From Prorocentrum cordatum (taxonomy: Eukaryota): 56,230 nucleotides of DNA. Within the stretch, counting starts at the first letter, position 1, and each line of letters begins with the position of its first letter. The notes under the pieces are model-generated. The model saw only the letters and a list, made by a program, of their open reading frames with translations, ran no database searches and was not told the DNA's origin. The stretch is from the NCBI GenBank assembly GCA_963575745.1, contig CAUYUJ010000102.1, forward strand, positions 62,001 through 118,230, in the 5' to 3' direction. Position numbers and translations under genes: made by a program. Shown here in pieces: positions 49,098 to 56,230 of the stretch.

Positions 49098-49196
49098 GTA
49101 TAGATGAGGACGATGCTGGTAATGATGATGATGGTGGTGGTGGTGATACAGATGATGATGCTGATGATGATGATGTTGATGATGATGTTGATGATG

Positions 49197-49253
<57 letters not shown>

Positions 49254-49424
49254 GTGATGCTGCTGATGATGATTATTATGCTGCTGCTGATGATGCTGAT
49301 GATGACGATGATGATGATGATGATGAGGATGATGATGATGACGATGATGATGCTGATGATGATGATGATGATGATGATGGTGGCGGTGATGATGACGATT
49401 GATGGTGGTGGTGATGATGGTAAC

Positions 49425-49497
<73 letters not shown>

Positions 49498-49538
49498 TGA
49501 TGATGATGATGATGATGATGATGAGATGATTATAATGA

Positions 49539-49581
<43 letters not shown>

Positions 49582-49583
49582 GA

Positions 49584-49615
<32 letters not shown>

Positions 49616-49822
49616 TGGTGTGGTGGTGGTGTGTGTGGCGGTGATGGGATGGTGGGTGGTGGTGTGGTGGGGGTGTGGTGGTCGTGGTGTCGTGATGGAG
49701 GAAGTTAACAATGGTTTTGACAAGAGAGAGAGAGGATAGGGAGAGGAGGAGGAGGAGGAGGGGAGGAGGAGGAGGAGGAGGAGGAGGAGGAGGAGGAGGA
49801 GGAGGAGGAGGAGGAGGAGGGG
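48060..49822 (+). repeat. (GAT)n/(GGT)n/(GAG)n microsatellite field
   Basis: Directly visible. Confidence 0.95.
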
Positions 49823-50198
49823 ATGAAGTCGATAAGAAGACTGCAAGGCACAGTCGAGCTCAGCTGAGCTCCCAGACGACGTCCGATCCTCAGCGCGGTC
49901 TGTCGGCGTCACTCGTGCTGGATAGGCCTCGGGCTCTTCGGCCGGCGATGCTTGGGTCCAGGAGGCTGGGCTGGCCGCACCCTGGAAGCATTTCGTCTGC
50001 AGCTGCAGACGCAGGCAGGTGCTGCACTGCGGCCAGCTCGGAACGAGGATATGTAGGACGTGAGGAGGACGAGGAGAAAGAGGGGGAGGATGATCGGGCG
50101 ACGAGAGCTATTCGTAGCACGAGGGGAGCGAAGGAGAGAAGGATCGGGCGGCGATGACACGGAGGACAGTGGGCGGGAGGAGGATCGGGCGATGAGGG

Positions 50199-50337
50199 CT
50201 GTGCGCATGCACCGATCCTGGCCAGGCCCATCCTTGGCCCAGGATTGGTGTACATGCCTCCCTGGTCATGCCAGAAGAGCGAAGCCACCGATCCTGGACC
50301 CAGGATGGGCCTGGCCAGGATCGGTGTATGTGTATAG
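50199..50337. repeat. Long hairpin / family B TIR element with ~52-bp arms
   Basis: CTGTGCGCATGCACCGATCCTGGCCAGGCCCATCCTTGGCCCAGGATTGGTG pairs with CACCGATCCTGGACCCAGGATGGGCCTGGCCAGGATCGGTGTATGTGTATAG. Confidence 0.8.
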
Positions 50338-50639
50338 TTGGCGTCCTCCGACAGGATGGGAGGGGACTTGTGCGGGCCGTCTGATGGGCGGAGGGAGGGC
50401 TATAAGAGCAGAAGCCACACGGAAGTATCGCCGATGTTCGTTTAGGGACTTTTGGGTGTGGCCCCCCTGCAGGTGACGACACGAACCCCCAGACCGAGGA
50501 GGCCAGGGCTGCTCTCGTGGCTCGAGCCGAGGATCCTGCGGGCTCTTCTCTTGTGCTGCCGTTGTCGCACCTCGCAGCCCTTCCGTCCCGTCCGACGCTG
50601 CTGTCGCCTCGCGGCGCACATTTTTGGTTGAATCAGTTG

Positions 50640-51320
50640 AGCTCTTTTTCTGTTGTTGGATCTCCTCGAGGCGCCCTGGCGCTCTCTCGCCTCGTTGCCG
50701 GCTGTAGTTCCTTGGAAAGCGAGGCTCGTGTTCGAGCGCTTCGGGGGTGCGCCCAATCGGGCCCCCCAACAGCAACATCGCTCCCACTCGAAACTTCCTC
50801 ACTTCTTACTCAGGGCTGGTGCTCTGGCTCGCCACCCGCAATTGGCCCTCCACCAGAAACGACGCTCGCGCTCGCAACTTCCTCGCTTTCTGTTCACGAC
50901 GGGACTTCTCGCCTCGGCGTCGCAAACCGGCCCCCCTACAACCACGACGCTATTGATCGGCGCTCCGCTCGATGCCTTCTCATTCTTCACTCAGGGGGGC
51001 GCTCAACTGCTCGCCGCCGAGAGCCAGCTCTCCCAAACCACCGCTCCCGCTCGATAGTTCTGTGGCTTTCACTCAGGAGTGGCGCTCTCGCCTTGGCGTT
51101 TCGACTTGGGACCCCCTACTACAGCGCTCCCGCTCGATACTTCTTCATTCTTATTCAGGACTGGCGCCCTTGATCGCCGCCGAAAACTGGCCCGCAAAGA
51201 AAACCAGCGCTCCCAGCTTATATTTCTGAGATTCTTTATCAGGAGGAGCGCTCACGCTTTGGCGCCGCAAACCAGCCAGCCTAAAGTATCAAAGCTCCCG
51301 CTCGATTCCTCCCTGCAGTG
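50640..51320 (+). repeat. Diverged ~80-90-bp tandem units
   Basis: Recurring CGCTCCCGCTCGAT...CTT..TCAGG...GGCGCTC..G. The motifs resemble those in the 26610-28700 units. Confidence 0.6.
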
Positions 51321-52031
51321 AGAACGCTCCTGCCCGATGCACCCTGACCGAAGATCGTGAAGTGCCTCGGGAGAGGTGTCGGTGCTCGGGCTCATTGGGC
51401 GGGAGATCTGGATGCGGGAGGACCAGCCCCCATATTATATTGTTCTCCCATGAGTGGAGTGGCATCATGACTGATGTATGTGGCATGCCGTAGATCGGTG
51501 CATGATTGTGATGTGATCAAGTCTTACTTACCAAACAGTTTTTATTGATTGACCCCTCAGTGTGCTCCTCCGCCTCATGCGATCCCATGCCTCGCTCTTC
51601 AATGCTGTGATATGCAATGCTGGGCTACGAAGTGCCATACCATGCTTTACTCTTCCTTGCCATGGCACGCCATGCAATGCTATGTTATGTGCCGCTGATT
51701 CTGCGATGCCGTGCCATTAGCTGCAAGGCTATGGTACCAATGCTGGACTACGCAATGCCACACCATGCTATGCCATGCTACGCTCTGCCGTGCTCTCCTG
51801 CGTCGTGGTATGCCATGCTGTGCATCGTATACCTTTTGGGGATTGTTGTCCTCTTCGACATCCGACTATGCCAACAGAGAGGGGCTCTGCGCAATGGTAA
51901 GGTATGGGAGAGAGGGTGAACACGTCAGACATGACGCAAGTGCACCTAGCTTGACTCTCCCCTCGCTCCCTCCCTTTCTCGCTGCCTCCTGGCACTAACG
52001 GTTCCGATCGAGGCTGTCACATTACGCCTGC

Positions 52032-53169
52032 AGTTGCTGATCTCCCTCAACGAGGGTGCAGGTGTAGCGCGCGGGCGCCGGCATGCGGCTTCGGTGGCTA
52101 CCGGCGTGCGCAGCGACTAAAGATCAGACACCGCGCTCGCCCAGAGGTGGTAGGGCATTTTGCTTGACCATGTGCAGCCTCTGGGGGGCGTGTCGGGCGT
52201 GGACGTGGGTTGTCCATCTCCTCGCCCGGCGAACTTCGGCATGCACAGCAGGATCTGCTTGGAGGAGCTGGCCGGCGTGGGCGGCTGATATGCTGAGGTG
52301 GCGGCTTGTGGCTTGTGACCCTCGTGAGGTCGGCCACACCTCAGGCGTGAACCATCCGCATCGACCGGCCTTGAGCCGTGAACCAAGTCGGTGCGTGCCT
52401 GGAAGGAGCTACGGCGATAGCGACTTGGAGCAGGAACCAAGCTCGCCACTTCAGCGCCCAGTGTGCGTGCCCCCCATCAAGGGCCTACGTGGTGCGCGCC
52501 TGGGATTATCGGCATCTTACAACGGCTGCGCTTCAGGTGGAGACTGCACGGGCGGCCAGTCACTGGCCTTCGAGCGCCCCGCACAGCTTTTCTGTCCATG
52601 CTGTTGATCATCCCCTCAGTGAGGGAGCACGTGCATCGCGCCGGCGTCCGGCTGCGGCTTCGGTGGCTTGCGGCGTGCGCAGCGACTAACGATGAGACGC
52701 CGCGCTCGCCTAGGGGTGGCAGGGCATGTTGCTTGACCACGTGCACCCTCTGCGGGGCGTGGCGGACGGGGACGTGGGTCATCCATCTCCTCGCCGGGCG
52801 AACTTCGTTATGCACAGCAGGATCTGCTTGGAGGAGCTGGCCGGCGTGGGCGGCTGATATGCTGAGGTGGCGGCTTGTGGCTTGTGACCGTCATGAGGTC
52901 TGTCGCGTCCCAGGCGGAGAGGTGACGAGCCTGCTCGCTCCGCATCGACTGGCCTTGGGCCGTAGACCAGAACCATGCCGATGTGTGCTTGGACGGAGTT
53001 GCGACAAGAGTGACTTGGAGCAGGAGCCGAGCTCCCCACTTCGGCGCCCAGTGTGCGCGCCTCCCGTCAAGGGCCTGCGTGGTGCGCGCTTGGGGAGTAT
53101 ATCGGCAGCGTGGAGGCTGCACGGGCGGCCAGTCCCTGGCCTTGGGGCACCCCGTGCAGCTCCTCTGTC
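52032..53169 (+). repeat. Diverged ~570-bp tandem duplication ending at the alpha-tubulin exon start
   Basis: Copies ~52032-52598 and ~52600-53169 share, for example, TGCACAGCAGGATCTGCTTGGAGGAGCTGGCCGGCGTGGGCGGCTGATATGCTGAGGTGGCGGCTTGTGGCTTGTGACC. Confidence 0.9.
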
Positions 53170-53782
53170 TTGAGCACGGCATCCAGCCCGACGGCCAGAT
53201 GCCCTCGGATCAGACGAATGGAGGCGGCAGGGCTCACTTCGATGCCGCAGGTTCGATTCGATTCGATTTCGCTGGATTCCGATTCCGATTCGATTCGATT
53301 CCGGGTTCCGATTCGGGATCCGATTTCCCCTTTGAGGCCTGCTAGCCTGCCGATGTCTGCCGATTCGGCTTTTCCCGACTCGGCTGCCGATGCCCGCCGA
53401 TCCGATTCATTTCGATTGCCGATCCGAGTTGTCGATTCGATTCTGTGCTCTCCTGAGGCGGTGATGATGTTTTCAACACGTTCTTCCTCAGGGCTGGCCG
53501 GCAAACACGTCCCCCGTCGCGTGATGGTCGACCTGGTTCCCGCAGTGGTGGTCGATGAAGTACGCGCATGCGCCTGCCGTCAGCTGTTCCACCGTGAGCA
53601 GGTCGCTCATCTTCGGGAGGGAAGACGCCGCGAACAACTTCGCGCGAGGGCACTACACCATCGGCAACGTCGACCTCGTGCTCGATTGGATCAGGAAGCT
53701 GGCCGATAACTGCACTGGCCTCCAGGGCTTCATGATCCAAAAAACCGTCGGCGGAGGAACTGGCTCTGGGCTCGGCTGCCTG
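53160..53782 (+). pseudogene. TUBA: Alpha-tubulin pseudogene fragment (about residues 23-152) in two exons, 53160-53223 and 53458-53782
   Basis: Translation: [49 protein letters not shown]...[51 protein letters not shown]...[12 protein letters not shown]. There are two frameshifts (~53497, ~53603), the KEI of GKEIVD is replaced by a single N, and homology stops abruptly after GLGCL. Confidence 0.95.
53224..53457 (+). other. 234-nt GC-AG intron in the tubulin pseudogene with a (GATTC)n-rich interior
   Basis: Removing GCGGCAGG...CTCCTGAG restores GGA-GGC-GGT-GAT-GAT (GGGDD). The direct repeat GAGGCGG spans both junctions. Confidence 0.8.
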
Positions 53783-54774
53783 ACCTGCGCGACAGTGGCC
53801 AGCACGACGATAAACAGCACGACGATGGTCAGCAGCACATCGCGAGCAACACGAAGATGGTCAGTAGTACATCGTGAGCAGCATGATGACGAGGAGCTCG
53901 GCGCCGCACGACGTCCATGGGTAGCACAACGGTGGTCCGCCTGCCCAGTGGTCCGCCTGCGCGCAGATGCGCCCCAGCAGCGCAACGCTGAGAAACGCGT
54001 CGGAGTGCGATACCGCGGCCATGCCATCCACCCCCCAGCGGCCGGTGCCAGCACTACGGCCTGAACGAGCATCGCCACCCGCGGCAACACCATCCAGCTG
54101 CCCTGCCACCAACACAGTCAGACACACCAACAAAGGCACGTTGGCAGTGATGCGGGGTGGATCTCTATCTCCAACTCTTCTGCCGATTGCAATTTCAGCA
54201 CCGACTCCACGACGGATGACAGCTGGACGGCATCACCACACCCGTCGCGGAACATCGAAACCACCACACCCGACGCAACAAATCGACACCACGCCACCGC
54301 CATTCCAGTTACCACCGCCATTTACAGCTACCGCTATTGACGCCTCCACCACTTACCCCCACATCGGCCAGGAATGGTCATTACGACTCTGCATCTGACT
54401 CCACCGCCGACCCCCTCCCCGACCACCACCTCGACGCGTTTCCCGACGCCCTGCCCGACGCCCTGCCCGACGCACTGACGCCCTACCCGGCACCATATTC
54501 GACACCTTCGGGGGATAGCAGCCTTTCCTCTTGGAATGGCTGGCCTGGCAGGCGCGTGCCAGAAATAACAACGCGACGTCGATCAATCCGGCGCTAGTGC
54601 CTACCTCCCAGCCGACGCCGAGCCCGACTTCCAATCCGAAGCGGGCGCCGCCTCGCAGCCCGACTCCTGTCGACTCGGAGTTGTCGGCACCCCCAGCCAC
54701 CTACATGGACTACGGTTTGTTACCCGTCGGCCAGAATTGCCACGCGGTTGAAATGCAGGGGATAGTTATCGAAC

Positions 54775-54918
54775 ACGTACGGCGGATCACTGTCTCCCCC
54801 TGCCTTTTTGGAAGCGCCTGTATGGCCGAAAGTTGGACTAGAGCTTGGCCAAGCTATCGGACCATGTGTTCCCCCAGCCGTCGTTGAATCCTTTCGGGGA
54901 ACATGTGAGGAAGAGGAT
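54775..54918 (+). repeat. ~145-bp dispersed repeat ending in a stem-loop just before a microsatellite; second copy at ~56015-56160
   Basis: GCCAAG.TATCGG.CCATGTGTTCCCC-loop-GGGGAACA occurs in both copies. Confidence 0.8.
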
Positions 54919-54939
54919 AATTAAGAGAAGAAGGAAAAG

Positions 54940-54976
54940 GGATGATGATGATGACGATGACGATGACGATGATGAC

Positions 54977-55011
<35 letters not shown>

Positions 55012-55213
55012 CGATGATGATGATGAGGATGAGGATGAGGATGAGGATGATGATGATGATGAGGATGATGATGATGATAATGGTGATGATGCTGATGATG
55101 ATGCTGCTGATGATGATTCTGATGGTGATGATGATGACGATGCTGATGATGATGATGCTGATGCTGATGATGATTATGATGATGCTGCTGCTGATGATGA
55201 TGCTGATGATGAC

Positions 55214-55273
<60 letters not shown>

Positions 55274-55335
55274 GGTGGTGGTGATGATGATGATGATGAT
55301 GATGATGATGAGGAGGAGGAGGAGGAGGAGGAGGG
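54940..55335 (+). repeat. (GAT)n/(GAG)n microsatellite
   Basis: Directly visible. Confidence 0.95.
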
Positions 55336-55349
55336 AAAGAGAGAGGAGT

Positions 55350-56012
55350 AGACCTCTTAGGAGCCTCTTGGGGCACTCTTGGGGTCTCCTGGGAGCTTCC
55401 TGGGAGCCTCTTGGAGGCCTCTTGGTGGGCCTTTCTGGACCGTCTTGGGGCCCTCTTGGGGTGCTTCAGGGCCGTCTTGGAGGTCATCTTGGCCGTCATG
55501 GAGGCCTCTTGGGCCTTTTGGGCCCCCCTCTGGGGCGTCTTGGGGGCTTCTTGGGCCGCCCTTGGGTCATCTTGGAGGCCTCTTGGGAGCTCTGCGGACG
55601 ACCTTGGGGGCCTCTTGGGCCGTCCTGGGCCGTCAGAAGGCCGAAAAGAAGCAACCGCCAAAATATTCCAAGAACCAGAAAGGGCAATCAATGGTTTTGG
55701 ACCTCTTGGAGGCCTCTTGGGCCGTCTTGGAAGCCTCTTTGGGGAGGCTTCTTGGGCAGACTTGGAGGCATCTGGGACCCTCTCGGGCCGTCTTGGAGGC
55801 CATCTTGGACCATCTTGGGCGCACTCGGAGGCCATCTTGGCCGTCTTGGAGGCGATTCGGGCAACTACCGGGCATTTTCGGCAGCCTTCCGGGTGGCCTG
55901 CGGGATCGGCCGAAGCCCCAGGTGGAGTTCTTTCGGAAAAGAACCCGAACCGAGCCGTATAGGGTCTAGCATGCTAGGCACCCCTGGGGCAAGACCAATG
56001 GGTGCGGCGAAT
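55350..56012 (+). repeat. TCTTGG-rich dispersed repeat related to 31212-31993
   Basis: Dense GGCC(G)TCTTGG motifs, shared core, and terminal TCTAGCATGC...GGCGAAT. Confidence 0.75.
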
Positions 56013-56230
56013 CGTAGACGCTTCCGGCGAATCACCGTCGCCTCCCGCCTTCTAGAATCGCCCATGTGGCCGAGCGTTGTGGCAAAAGCTCTGCCAAGGT
56101 ATCGGGCCATGTGTTCCCCCAACCGTTGTGGAAACCCTTCGGGGAACACTTGGGAGAGGAATGGCGGGGAAGATCAAGAGGTGGTGGAGGAGGAGGTGAA
56201 GGAGGAGGAGGAGGAGGAGGAGGAGGAGGA

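Noticed and set aside
51410..51912. ATGCGGGAG (MRE) at ~51412 and NGKVWE at ~51893 as the missing tubulin exon 1
   Set aside because: The surrounding residues do not match MRExIxIHxGQxGxQxGNACWE; these are chance matches.
54863..56149. GTGTTCCCC...GGGGA resembling a type I-E CRISPR repeat
   Set aside because: Only two copies 1.25 kb apart, with homologous flanks, no spacers, no cas genes, and a eukaryotic context.

Overview
This is repeat-saturated, GC-rich eukaryotic DNA, most likely from a dinoflagellate nuclear genome. That assignment is inferred from an alpha-tubulin fragment with PRxVMVDL and GSGLGCL, a GC-AG intron bounded by direct repeats, and very large trinucleotide fields. Roughly half the window is imperfect (GAT)n/(GAG)n/(GTT)n/(GTA)n or tetranucleotide microsatellite, so most ORFs in the track are artefacts. 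There are four real coding or coding-derived elements. (1) An intronless gene at 8729-10294 encoding a nucleoplasmin-like domain, a PDZ domain and a degenerate FKBP. (2) A decayed, 5'-truncated non-LTR retrotransposon reverse transcriptase with a YADD motif at about 2386-3276. (3) A second 5'-truncated non-LTR element on the minus strand (43658-45446), whose zinc-finger C-terminus is followed by an intact extra ORF and a (CCT)n tail. (4) An alpha-tubulin pseudogene fragment at 53160-53782. There are also several small TIR/MITE-like families, a poly(A) insertion with a long target-site duplication, a ~175-bp satellite-like array, and several tandem duplications. No rRNA, tRNA or CRISPR array was found. 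All identifications are by eye, without database searches.
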